A DNA stretch of 64,000 bases from Flavobacteriaceae bacterium (GTDB taxonomy: Bacteria; Bacteroidota; Bacteroidia; Flavobacteriales; Flavobacteriaceae), in the NCBI GenBank assembly GCA_965662885.1, contig CBFIJI010000002.1, positions 2,096 to 66,095 of the forward strand. The letters run 5' to 3'. Each line of letters begins with the position of its first letter. Positions within the stretch are counted from its first letter, which is position 1. Below, piece after piece: positions 49,149 through 58,437 of the stretch. Position numbers and translations under genes: made by a program. The notes under the pieces are model-generated. The model was not told where the DNA came from. It made no database searches and saw nothing but the letters and a program-made list of their open reading frames with translations.

Positions 49149-49176
49149 AAACGCTGCCATGTGCAGCGTTTTTTTA
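49149..49176 (+). terminator. rho-independent terminator after gldN
   Basis: Stem aaacgctgc (49149-57) / gcagcgttt (49163-71) with loop catgt, followed by a T-run. Confidence 0.8.
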
Positions 49177-49179
49177 TAC

Positions 49180-49187
49180 TATTTTTG
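49180..49187 (+). promoter_or_regulatory. -7 box (TATTTTTG) for the FAD-oxidoreductase/ABC-F unit
   Basis: Exact TAnnTTTG, with its final G 14 nt upstream of the TTG start at 49201. Confidence 0.4.
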
Positions 49188-49200
49188 AAAAAAAATAACT

Positions 49201-50259
49201 TTGAAGCATTCAATTATTGTGGGTTATGGACTTGCTGGGCTAGCTTATGCATCTCAAATGAAACTTCATGAAAAGGATTTTGTCATCATAGATACTCCAA
49301 AGTGGAATGCTACACGTAAAGCAGCAGGAGTAATGAACCCCACTGTTTTAAAACGCTATACCTTGGCTTGGAATGCGAATCAATTTATGGTGTATGCTCA
49401 AGATTTTTATACCCGCTTAGAGGGTCATCTAAAAAGAACAATCCTTGAGCGTATTTCTATCCATCGACATTTTTTAAATCAGACCGAACAAAATAATTGG
49501 GCTACTGCAAGTAATTCAATAGCATTACAACCCTATTTAGATTCCAATTTTTCAACGGACATGGCACCCACTTACAAAGGTAGTCATGGTTATGGTAGTG
49601 TTAAAAACACTGGTCGATTACCAACAAGTACAACACTAGAAGTATTTAAAGCAACCTTAAATTCGGAGGAATTTATTTCAAGTGAATTTGACTATGATGC
49701 CGTTAAAATTCATGACAATCACATAGAATACAAAAACATCAAAGCACAATATCTTGTTTTTTGCGAAGGCTTTGGACTGAAAAAGAACCCTTTCTTCAAT
49801 ACGTTGCCCTTAATTGGTTCAAAAGGAGAACTCCTTTTGATTAAAGCGCCATTACTTCCACGGGATAGTATAATCAAAGCCCATGGGATTTTTATTGTCC
49901 CCGTAGAAAATGATAATTTTTGGATTGGTGCCACCTTTAATCGGAAAGATAAAACCACCTCACCCACTCAAGAAGGTAAGGATTGGTTACTCAAAAAATT
50001 ACATCAAACAGTAGACGTCCCTTTTGAAATTGTACAGCAAAATGTTTGTATTCGACCTACCGTAGCTGATCGAAGACCACTTCTAGGACAACATCCAATA
50101 CATAAGAGACTCTATTTGTTTAACGGTCTTGGAACTCGTGGAGTCCTAATGTCCCCCTTATTATCACATTGGCTTTTTGATTTTATCACTGTTGGAACAC
50201 CGCTTCCCGAAGCAGTCAATTTGAGTCGCTTTGATTCTATAACCCTTTCAAAAAAATAG
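49201..50259 (+). CDS. FAD-dependent oxidoreductase (DAO-like)
   Basis: 352 aa with a TTG start. An in-frame TGA lies 4 codons upstream, and the dinucleotide-binding motif IIVGYGLAGLA begins at residue 5, so no ATG alternative exists. Confidence 0.7.
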   Translation: MKHSIIVGYGLAGLAYASQMKLHEKDFVIIDTPKWNATRKAAGVMNPTVLKRYTLAWNANQFMVYAQDFYTRLEGHLKRTILERISIHRHFLNQTEQNNWATASNSIALQPYLDSNFSTDMAPTYKGSHGYGSVKNTGRLPTSTTLEVFKATLNSEEFISSEFDYDAVKIHDNHIEYKNIKAQYLVFCEGFGLKKNPFFNTLPLIGSKGELLLIKAPLLPRDSIIKAHGIFIVPVENDNFWIGATFNRKDKTTSPTQEGKDWLLKKLHQTVDVPFEIVQQNVCIRPTVADRRPLLGQHPIHKRLYLFNGLGTRGVLMSPLLSHWLFDFITVGTPLPEAVNLSRFDSITLSKK

Positions 50260-50266
50260 TACCCTT

Positions 50267-52183
50267 ATGCTCAGTGTTCAAGATTTTACAGTTTCTTTTG
50301 GTGGTGATGTTCTTTTTGAATCCGTTTCTTTTCGTTTAGGGAGTGGTGACCGTGTTGGACTAATTGGGAAAAATGGGGCTGGAAAATCTACCCTATTAAA
50401 ACTTTTAGCACAAGAAAATAACCCAACTTCTGGAAGTTTGGCGCTAGAAAAAGGGTGCTCCATTGGGTACCTTCCACAAGATTTGGATTTTCAAAGTGGA
50501 AGAACCGTCCTAGAGGAGGCCTATCAGGCATTTGAAGAAATTCAGTCGATTGAAAAACGGTTAGAAGAAATCCATAAGATTATGGAACAGACGACAGACT
50601 TTGAAAGTGAAGCTTATTTAGCTGTTTTGGATGAGTTAACAGAAAAAAACACCCGATATGAAATTATTGGGGGCTATCATTATCAAGCAATAACCGAACG
50701 AATATTAACGGGTTTAGGGTTTACCTCAGAAAATTTTAATCAACTAACCGACGAATTTTCTGGAGGCTGGCGTATGCGAATTGAGTTGGCAAAGTTACTG
50801 CTTAATGATCACGATGTTCTTTTATTGGATGAACCCACCAACCATTTGGATATCGACTCCATCATTTGGTTAGAACAGTTTTTAAAAAAATATCGTGGAG
50901 CGGTTGTTTTGGTATCCCACGACCGTATGTTTTTAGATCAGGTTACTAACCGAACAATAGAAATTATTCAGAAACAGATTTTTGACTTTAAAAAATCGTA
51001 TTCTAATTATATGGTTTTAAGGGCTGAATTAAGAGAACAACAGTTGGCTGCTCACAAAAATCAAGAAAAGCAAATTCAACAAACAGAAAAATTGATTGAG
51101 CGGTTTCGTGCAAAAGCATCTAAAGCAAGTATGGCCCAATCACTGATGAAAAAACTAGATAAAATTGATCGAATTGCTATTGATCCTGAAGATAACAGAA
51201 CCATGAAACTTCATTTTCCAGTTGCCATTCAACCCGGGAAAATTATTCTTGAGGCAAAAAATATTTCAAAAGTTTACGGTGCTAAAAAAGTACTCTCAGA
51301 CATCGATTTAAACGTTATTCGAGGAGCTAAAATGGCATTTGTGGGGCAGAATGGACAAGGAAAATCTACACTTGCTAAAATTTTAGTCAATGAACTGGAA
51401 CACCACGGTCAACTGAAGTTAGGGCATCAAGTGCAATTGGGTTACTTTGCCCAAAATCAATCCTCTTATTTAGACCCTTCTAAAACTATTCTTGAAACGG
51501 TTGAAGATGCTGCAACAGAGGAAAATCGAAGTCGTGTTCGCGATATGCTCGGGGCTTTTTTATTTCAAGGGGATACTGTTGAAAAACAGGTTGTTGTTTT
51601 ATCAGGAGGAGAAAGAAACCGTTTGGCCTTATGTAAACTCCTTTTACAGCCCTTCAATGTGTTGATTATGGATGAGCCTACTAATCATCTTGATATCGCT
51701 TCCAAAAATGTATTAAAAGAGGCCCTTATTAAATTTCAAGGAACCTTAATTTTGGTTTCTCACGACCGTGATTTTTTACAGGGACTTTGCAATGAAATCA
51801 TCGAATTTAAAGATCAAAAAATTAAATCTTATATCGGTGAAATCAAAGAATACCTTGAACAGAAAAAAATAGACTCATTGGTTGAACTGGAAAAAAATCA
51901 AGAGGTAAAAAAGAAAAAGGTCAAAGAAAAAGAAGGGAATGATTATCAACTTCAAAAACAAACACGTTCCCTTCAAAATAAACTTTCAAAAACAGAAAAG
52001 GAAATCTCTAGTTTAGAAAAAGAGATTAAAACCATTGATGTTGAATTGGATATTAACTATGACGCAGTTATTAGTCAGCCTAACTTTTTTGACAATTACC
52101 AAAACAAGAAAAAACGGTTGGAACAATTGATGGAAAACTGGGAAAAACTCCAACTCCAATTGGAAGAAATAACGAGCACATAA
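50267..52183 (+). CDS. ABC-F family ATPase (Uup/YheS-like, with C-terminal coiled coil)
   Basis: 638 aa with no TM segment. There are two ABC cassettes (GKNGAGKST/FSGGWRMR and GQNGQGKST/LSGGERNR), followed by a Lys/Glu-rich coiled-coil tail. Confidence 0.9.
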   Translation: MLSVQDFTVSFGGDVLFESVSFRLGSGDRVGLIGKNGAGKSTLLKLLAQENNPTSGSLALEKGCSIGYLPQDLDFQSGRTVLEEAYQAFEEIQSIEKRLEEIHKIMEQTTDFESEAYLAVLDELTEKNTRYEIIGGYHYQAITERILTGLGFTSENFNQLTDEFSGGWRMRIELAKLLLNDHDVLLLDEPTNHLDIDSIIWLEQFLKKYRGAVVLVSHDRMFLDQVTNRTIEIIQKQIFDFKKSYSNYMVLRAELREQQLAAHKNQEKQIQQTEKLIERFRAKASKASMAQSLMKKLDKIDRIAIDPEDNRTMKLHFPVAIQPGKIILEAKNISKVYGAKKVLSDIDLNVIRGAKMAFVGQNGQGKSTLAKILVNELEHHGQLKLGHQVQLGYFAQNQSSYLDPSKTILETVEDAATEENRSRVRDMLGAFLFQGDTVEKQVVVLSGGERNRLALCKLLLQPFNVLIMDEPTNHLDIASKNVLKEALIKFQGTLILVSHDRDFLQGLCNEIIEFKDQKIKSYIGEIKEYLEQKKIDSLVELEKNQEVKKKKVKEKEGNDYQLQKQTRSLQNKLSKTEKEISSLEKEIKTIDVELDINYDAVISQPNFFDNYQNKKKRLEQLMENWEKLQLQLEEITST

Positions 52184-52184
52184 A

Positions 52185-52373
52185 ATGGAGGAACATTTTT
52201 TTCAATGCCCTTATTGTTGGGAAACCATCTCCATGCTGTTGGATTCTTCCATTGGTCAGGATACGTATATCGAAGATTGCGAAGTATGCTGTCACCCCAT
52301 TCAGATTCACTATCAATTTGACGATCAGACCTTGTCTCAATTTTCAGCGACTTCAACTGAAGAGGGATTTTAA
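52185..52373 (+). CDS. CPXCG-motif cysteine-rich (zinc-ribbon-like) protein
   Basis: 62 aa reading FQCPYCWETISMLLDSSIGQDTYIEDCEVCCHPI, which matches the CPxCG ... EDCxVCC pattern. It starts 1 nt after the ABC-F stop. Confidence 0.7.
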   Translation: MEEHFFQCPYCWETISMLLDSSIGQDTYIEDCEVCCHPIQIHYQFDDQTLSQFSATSTEEGF

Positions 52374-52444
52374 AACTTAACTTCAAAGAACTGTAACATT
52401 TGACTTTTTAAGGCGTCCTATTAGCAACTCTTATAACCTACAAA

Positions 52445-54604
52445 ATGAATTTCTTTTTATTCCCCCTACTAATTTTTCACTCTTTAGTTAATCCAGAGAC
52501 ACCGCCAATAAACTTTGATGGGAGGTTGGACCCTCACGAATGGGAGAATGCTCAAAAATTTACTATTGACTATGAAATAAGCCCAGGGAATAATAGCCCT
52601 TCCCCCTTCAAAACCACTGCATATATTAAATATTCTTCAGAATACTTGTGGGTAGGGTTTGACGCAGAAGCCAACCCCAAAACATTACGAAGTGCATTGC
52701 GAAATCGTGATGAAGCCTTTTCTGACGATATTGTGATGATTGGTATAGATACCTTTGGTGACGGACGCTATATGATAGCTGTTGGAGCCAATGCCGAAGC
52801 CAGTCAGGTAGATTTAAAATTTATGCCAAACGGAAACGATGATTCTTCCTATGACGTATCCTTTGAGTCCAAAGCAGTCAAAACAGATAAAGGCTATCAA
52901 GTAGAATTAAAAATCCCTTTTTCGTCCTTCCAATTTAAAAATGCTCCAGAACTGGTTTGGAAGGTATTGCTCTACCGTTCCACCTATGCTAATGGTGTAA
53001 GAAGTCAAAATATAAATTTCCCTATAGATTTAAACAACACTTGTCTTCCTTGTCAAACGCCAGAAAAAATAACTTTAAAAAACATCAAACCCAAAAAGCG
53101 GCGAAATTTTTTACCCTATGCTTTTGGAGGAGTATCAGGCGAAAGAGAAACGTCTAAATTGACCTATGGGAAAGGAAATTACAATATTGGGTTAGGGGGG
53201 CTATTGGACATTAGTAATGTTACCACTTTTGAGTACACAATCAACCCTGATTTTTCACAAGTAGAAGCCGACGTCTCACAAATTAACGCCAACACCACCT
53301 TTGCCCTCTATTTTCCAGAGCGACGTCCCTTTTTTAATGAAGGAAATGATTTAATTAATACGGCCTTACAAACCGTTTATACTCGAGCAATAAACCAACC
53401 TTTTGTCTCTACAAAGATGATCCATCAAGGCGAAAAACAACAGTTCTATTGGTTGTCCGCTTATGACTCTAAAACAGCCTATCTGATTGGAGCAGAAAAC
53501 AGATCCTATTTTGGGAAGGGGGAAGAAAATTTTTCCAATATTCTTCGATATCAACGAACATTTAAACAAGGATCCAACATTGGATTTTTGACCACTAATC
53601 GCTTTTTAAAAGGAGGTGGAATGGATAATACCTTTGGAATTTTAGGACAATTCCGCTTTTTAAAATCCTATTCTTTAGGGTTTGAATGGAATAAAAGTTT
53701 GACCAAAGAAGCCATTAATGATTGGATTGACTCTGATGATATGATTGGAAATACAACAGTTGCTTTAGATGGTGAATCTTTTAACGGTGATGCATTAAAC
53801 TTTCGTTTGCAACGGAACACAACGCATTGGGTATCAGAACTTGAATACCAACACAGTTCCCCAAACTATCGGACACCCTTGGGGTTTTCTGTAAATAATT
53901 CATTGCGTTCCTTGGAATTCGAGCAGGGCTATCAGTATTTTTTTAAAGAGCAATTTATCAAAAAACTTTTTGTGGCAGCAGAAATGGAAACCCGCTTTAA
54001 CTACAACGGTCTCCAAAAATTTTCTGAATTGGGGCTTTCTGCCTATATAGAACTAGATAAAAATATTCGCTCTGAAATCAATTTTAGCAATGCATTCAAT
54101 GAAGAATTCAAGGGGTTCAATGCGAATAGCCTCCTCAAATTTAGTTGGTGGGTTCAACTTAACCCTTCCGAAGCAATTCGGATTAACGTATTTTCAGAAT
54201 TTGGAGAAAGCATCGGGTATAATTTAGATGACCTAGCAGTTGGAAACTCCCTTTTCTTTGGCACCTTTAATAGTTTTCAGCTGAGTGATAAATTCCGAAT
54301 TTCACCAAGCCTTCGATATTCTGAGTTACGAAATAAGTTGGATAACTCCCTCTACTACAAGGGCTATATTGCTCGATTAAATATTAATTATCAATTCAAC
54401 AATAACCTCTCCTTTCGTTTAGTTGGAGAACACAATGACTTCGACAAAAAGTTTTTTATTCAACCCCTATTAAAATGGAACCCAAATCCGTTTACTATTT
54501 TTTATTTAGGAGGAAACAGCGGATTTAGTAAGCTTGACAGTAATGCCTTTCAAGTTAGTGCTACCCAATTTTACATGAAATTTCAGTATCTGATAGGGAT
54601 ATAA
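52445..54604 (+). CDS. outer-membrane protein with an N-terminal CBM9-like domain and a C-terminal beta-barrel (DUF5916-like)
   Basis: 719 aa. The N-terminal segment INFDGRLDPHEWENAQKF is typical of CBM9-like modules. The C-terminal roughly 450 aa show an alternating beta-strand pattern. The family name is from memory. Confidence 0.6.
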   Translation: MNFFLFPLLIFHSLVNPETPPINFDGRLDPHEWENAQKFTIDYEISPGNNSPSPFKTTAYIKYSSEYLWVGFDAEANPKTLRSALRNRDEAFSDDIVMIGIDTFGDGRYMIAVGANAEASQVDLKFMPNGNDDSSYDVSFESKAVKTDKGYQVELKIPFSSFQFKNAPELVWKVLLYRSTYANGVRSQNINFPIDLNNTCLPCQTPEKITLKNIKPKKRRNFLPYAFGGVSGERETSKLTYGKGNYNIGLGGLLDISNVTTFEYTINPDFSQVEADVSQINANTTFALYFPERRPFFNEGNDLINTALQTVYTRAINQPFVSTKMIHQGEKQQFYWLSAYDSKTAYLIGAENRSYFGKGEENFSNILRYQRTFKQGSNIGFLTTNRFLKGGGMDNTFGILGQFRFLKSYSLGFEWNKSLTKEAINDWIDSDDMIGNTTVALDGESFNGDALNFRLQRNTTHWVSELEYQHSSPNYRTPLGFSVNNSLRSLEFEQGYQYFFKEQFIKKLFVAAEMETRFNYNGLQKFSELGLSAYIELDKNIRSEINFSNAFNEEFKGFNANSLLKFSWWVQLNPSEAIRINVFSEFGESIGYNLDDLAVGNSLFFGTFNSFQLSDKFRISPSLRYSELRNKLDNSLYYKGYIARLNINYQFNNNLSFRLVGEHNDFDKKFFIQPLLKWNPNPFTIFYLGGNSGFSKLDSNAFQVSATQFYMKFQYLIGI

Positions 54605-54605
54605 T

Positions 54606-55541
54606 TTATTCGATCGATTGAAGGTAACGCTCGGCATCCAAAGCAGCCATACAACCCGTTCCAGCTGCAGTAACAGCTTGACGGTATTCCTTATCCTGGA
54701 CATCACCAGAAGCAAAAACACCTGGGATATTTGTTTTGGTGGACTTCCCTTCTGTGATTAGATAGCCAGCCTCATCCATATCTAATTGTTCCTTAAAAAT
54801 AGCGGTATTGGGTTGGTGGCCGATAGCAATAAAAAGTCCTGTAATGGGTATTTCCTCTATTTCACCAGTTTGATTATTTTTCATCCTAAGCCCTTCGACA
54901 ACTTGCTCTCCAAGAACCTCATCAATTTCAGTAGAATATTTAAGATCAATATTTGGGGTATTATTTACTCGATGCTGCATGGCTTTAGAGGCACGCATAT
55001 GGTCTTTACGAACCAACATCGTTACCTTCGAACAAATATTAGCTAAATAGGTCGCCTCTTCTGCAGCAGTATCACCACCACCCACAATAGCAACTTCTTG
55101 TCCCTTATAGAAAAAACCATCACAAACAGCACAAGCGGAAACCCCACCGCCACGAAGACGTTGTTCACTCGGAAGTCCCAAGTATTTTGCTGTTGCTCCA
55201 GTACTGATAATCACCGTTTCAGCTTCAATTTCACCTCCACCTTCAACAAAGGCCTTATGGATCCCTCCCTTTTCTTTGGAGAACGCCACTTTATTGACAT
55301 GGCCAATCCTTACATCAGTTCCAAAACGTTCGGCTTGTTGTTGCAGTTGTATCATCATGGTTGGGCCATCAATCCCTTCAGGATAGCCAGGGAAATTATC
55401 TACTTCCGTAGTAGTAGTAAGTTGACCTCCCGGTTCCATTCCTGTATACATGACCGGTTTTAAATCCGCTCGTGCAGCATAAATAGCTGCTGTATATCCT
55501 GCTGGACCACTTCCGATAATTAAAGTTTTTACACGTTCCAT
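54606..55541 (-). CDS. trxB: thioredoxin-disulfide reductase
   Basis: 311 aa with IIGSGPAGYTAA, the redox motif CAVCDG and VGGGDTAAEEA. Confidence 0.95.
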   Translation of the reverse strand: MERVKTLIIGSGPAGYTAAIYAARADLKPVMYTGMEPGGQLTTTTEVDNFPGYPEGIDGPTMMIQLQQQAERFGTDVRIGHVNKVAFSKEKGGIHKAFVEGGGEIEAETVIISTGATAKYLGLPSEQRLRGGGVSACAVCDGFFYKGQEVAIVGGGDTAAEEATYLANICSKVTMLVRKDHMRASKAMQHRVNNTPNIDLKYSTEIDEVLGEQVVEGLRMKNNQTGEIEEIPITGLFIAIGHQPNTAIFKEQLDMDEAGYLITEGKSTKTNIPGVFASGDVQDKEYRQAVTAAGTGCMAALDAERYLQSIE

Positions 55542-55561
55542 ATGAATCTGTTAAAATCATT

Positions 55562-55569
55562 CAAAAGTA
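55562..55569 (-). promoter_or_regulatory. -7 box (TACTTTTG) for trxB
   Basis: Exact TAnnTTTG on the minus strand, with its final G 21 nt upstream of the trxB ATG. Confidence 0.45.
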
Positions 55570-55632
55570 AGGCATATAATTAAATTGTATCTTGCTAATT
55601 CATAGGAATTGTCAACACTCATATAAACTTTT

Positions 55633-56382
55633 ATGATTCGTTATTTTATTTTTTTGATGCTACTTTTTGTTTCGTCTTGTGCTACAAACAACATCGATAA
55701 TCCACAAGCGCTTATAAATAAAACGATTGAAAAACATGGTGTAAATCGGTTGAATACAAGTGCATTATCGTTCGATTTTAGAGATATTCATTATGAATTA
55801 AAAAAAAGAAAAGCACAAACAGTATATAGTAGAGAAATAAAGAAAGGAGACACCTTGATCAAGGATGTTTTAACCAATGGAGTACTGTTCGAAAGAACCA
55901 TTAATGGTTCGGTAACTAAGCTTTCCGACAGTCTAAAAGGAGTGTATTCCAATTCTTTAAATTCAGTCATGTATTTTATACAGACCCCTCTTGTACTATT
56001 GGATAAATCCGTCATAAAAGACTATAAGGGAAAGACACAAATTAAAGGGGAAACGTACCATGTTTTAAAAATCACTTTTACAGAAGAAGGAGGAGGAGAA
56101 GACTTTGAAGATGAATACCGCTATTGGATTCACGCAACCGATTTTACCATTGACTATCTTGGTTATAACTATCAAACCTCAGGAGGTGGGACACGTTTTA
56201 GACAGACTTTTAACCGAAAAACAGTAAAAGGTGTTCTATTTCAAGACTATATAAATTTTAAACCTCAAGAACGTTTTGTAAAATTGGATAGCCTTCCAAT
56301 ATTATTTGAACAGCAACAACTTAAAAAAGTATCCATTATTGAAAATAAAAACATTCATTTAAAACTAGAGGTTGGTCAATAA
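55633..56382 (+). CDS. lipoprotein of unknown function (paralog of 58438..59181)
   Basis: 249 aa with a lipobox (FVSSCAT). It shares blocks with the 58438..59181 product: I-x-K-[ST]-I-x-x-H-G near the N-terminus and P..LLD..(7)..Y.G.TQ..G....H...I in the middle. Confidence 0.6.
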   Translation: MIRYFIFLMLLFVSSCATNNIDNPQALINKTIEKHGVNRLNTSALSFDFRDIHYELKKRKAQTVYSREIKKGDTLIKDVLTNGVLFERTINGSVTKLSDSLKGVYSNSLNSVMYFIQTPLVLLDKSVIKDYKGKTQIKGETYHVLKITFTEEGGGEDFEDEYRYWIHATDFTIDYLGYNYQTSGGGTRFRQTFNRKTVKGVLFQDYINFKPQERFVKLDSLPILFEQQQLKKVSIIENKNIHLKLEVGQ

Positions 56383-56444
56383 ATTATCCAATGCTCTCGG
56401 GGATATTTATTGGATGACGACGATTTAAATACCCACTTAATTTT

Positions 56445-56452
56445 TATCTTTG
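56445..56452 (+). promoter_or_regulatory. -7 box (TATCTTTG) upstream of nagB
   Basis: Exact TAnnTTTG, 49 nt upstream of the ATG at 56501. Confidence 0.35.
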
Positions 56453-56500
56453 ACATTACTATAAAAGAACAATAAATACTAAATCACAACAAAAAAACCA

Positions 56501-58432
56501 ATGCTATCCAACAAATCAACTGATATTCTAGCCTATAAACCTCCAGGGAGTTTTGAAGAAACCCGTTTCGAAAAACTTCACAATGTTATTTTTGAAAACT
56601 CCACGGAAGCATCGTTTCAAGTGGCAGCTTCCATAGCGGCATTGATTAAAGAAAAACATCAATTAGGAGAACCTTGTGTGTTGGGATTAGCGACAGGTTC
56701 AACACCCCTTAGTGTATATCGTGAACTGGTTCGTCTGCACAAAGAAGAAGGGCTGAGTTTTCAAAATGTAGTATCCTTTAACTTGGACGAATACTTCCCA
56801 CTCTCTAAAAATGACCTCCAAAGTTACCATCACTTTATGCATGTCAATTTATTTGACCATATAGATATTCTTCCTGAAAATATTCATATTCCTAACGGAG
56901 AAGTTGAAGCAAAAAATGTTCGCACTTTTTGTATTGAATATGAAAATAAAATAAAATCCTATGGAGGTATTGATTTACAACTTTTAGGGATTGGTCGAAC
57001 AGGTCATATTGGTTTTAATGAGCCTGGATCTCACATGAATTCTCAAACGCGACTAATTACATTAGATCATTTGACCCGTTTTGATGCAGCTCCTGCTTTT
57101 TTAGGAATTCAAAATGTACCACGAAGAGCAATCACGATGGGGATTCAAACTATCTTAAATGCCAAGAATATCATACTCATGGCTTGGGGGTCCAATAAAA
57201 GTGAAATCATACAAAAAGCAATTGAAGGAGAAATTTCTCCCTTGATTCCAACCACCTATTTACAGGAGCATAAAAACACCACCCTAGTTTTGGATACAGA
57301 AGCTGCTGCTGATTTAACCCGAATTAAAACTCCGTGGTTGGTTGCAGATTCTGATTGGACATTTGAAAACAGAAGTAAGGCTGTTTTTTGGTTGTGTGAA
57401 AAAACGGGAAAATCCATTTTAAAATTAACCGACGAAGATTACAATCAAAATGGGATGTCTGACTTGTTGACCCACTATGGCTCAAGTTATGAACTCAACA
57501 TTGAAATGTTTAATAAGTTACAACGAAGCATTACAGGATGGCCAGGAGGTAAACCCAATTCAGATGACAGCAAACGTCCAGAGCGTGCAGAACCTCATCC
57601 TAAGCGTGTGATTATTTTTAGTCCTCATCCCGATGATGACGTGATCTCTATGGGGGGGACCTTTGACCGTTTGGTTTCACAAGGCCATGAAGTACATATT
57701 GCTTACCAAACCTCAGGAAATATTGCTGTTTCTGATGAAGATGCCTTACGTTTCTTAGAGGTAACCAATGATATCTTCCCCGACTTAACAAAGGAGGCCT
57801 ATTCGAGTTTACTCACAAAATTCAAATCAAAAAAGTTACACCAACCAGACCCTATCGAAATTCGACACTTAAAAGGAGCAATCCGTAAAAGAGAATCCTT
57901 AGGTGCCACACGATATTTTAATGTTCCCGACGAACAAGTTCACTTTATGAACCTGCCCTTTTACGAAACAGGAACCATAGCAAAAAATCCACTATCTCAA
58001 ATTGATGTTGATTTAACAGCAGACTTGATTACCAAAATCAAACCTCATCAGATCTACGCAGCTGGAGATTTGGCCGATCCTCATGGAACCCACAGTGTCT
58101 GTTTGGATGTGATTTTTAAAGCAGTTGATCAACTTAAATCACAAGATTTTATGGACGATTGCTGGGTATGGCTCTATCGAGGAGCATGGCATGAATGGGG
58201 TATTCACGAAATTGATATGGCTATTCCCATGAGTCCAGATCAAGTCCTTCGAAAAAGAAAGGCTATTTTTTATCATCAATCTCAAAAAGACGGGGTCATG
58301 TTTCAAGGCAATGATCATAGGGAATTTTGGGTTCGCGCAGAAGATCGAAATGCACAAACAGCAAAAGCCTATCGCAATATGGGATTGTCAGATTACGCAG
58401 CGATTGAAGCCTTTAAACGCTATCATTTTTAA
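56501..58432 (+). CDS. nagB: long-form glucosamine-6-phosphate deaminase fused to a LmbE/PIG-L-type deacetylase domain
   Basis: 643 aa. The N-terminal NagB domain has GLATGSTPLSVY, NLDEY and GIGRTGHIGFNEPGS. The C-terminal domain has the PIG-L motif IIFSPHPDDDVISMGG and DPHGTH. Confidence 0.85.
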   Translation: MLSNKSTDILAYKPPGSFEETRFEKLHNVIFENSTEASFQVAASIAALIKEKHQLGEPCVLGLATGSTPLSVYRELVRLHKEEGLSFQNVVSFNLDEYFPLSKNDLQSYHHFMHVNLFDHIDILPENIHIPNGEVEAKNVRTFCIEYENKIKSYGGIDLQLLGIGRTGHIGFNEPGSHMNSQTRLITLDHLTRFDAAPAFLGIQNVPRRAITMGIQTILNAKNIILMAWGSNKSEIIQKAIEGEISPLIPTTYLQEHKNTTLVLDTEAAADLTRIKTPWLVADSDWTFENRSKAVFWLCEKTGKSILKLTDEDYNQNGMSDLLTHYGSSYELNIEMFNKLQRSITGWPGGKPNSDDSKRPERAEPHPKRVIIFSPHPDDDVISMGGTFDRLVSQGHEVHIAYQTSGNIAVSDEDALRFLEVTNDIFPDLTKEAYSSLLTKFKSKKLHQPDPIEIRHLKGAIRKRESLGATRYFNVPDEQVHFMNLPFYETGTIAKNPLSQIDVDLTADLITKIKPHQIYAAGDLADPHGTHSVCLDVIFKAVDQLKSQDFMDDCWVWLYRGAWHEWGIHEIDMAIPMSPDQVLRKRKAIFYHQSQKDGVMFQGNDHREFWVRAEDRNAQTAKAYRNMGLSDYAAIEAFKRYHF

Positions 58433-58437
58433 GGAAA

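Noticed and set aside
52080-52386. Minus-strand ORFs of 86 and 96 aa overlap the end of the ABC-F gene and the CPXCG gene.
   Set aside because: The plus-strand CPXCG reading frame shows a precise family-specific Cys pattern. The minus-strand products have no features.
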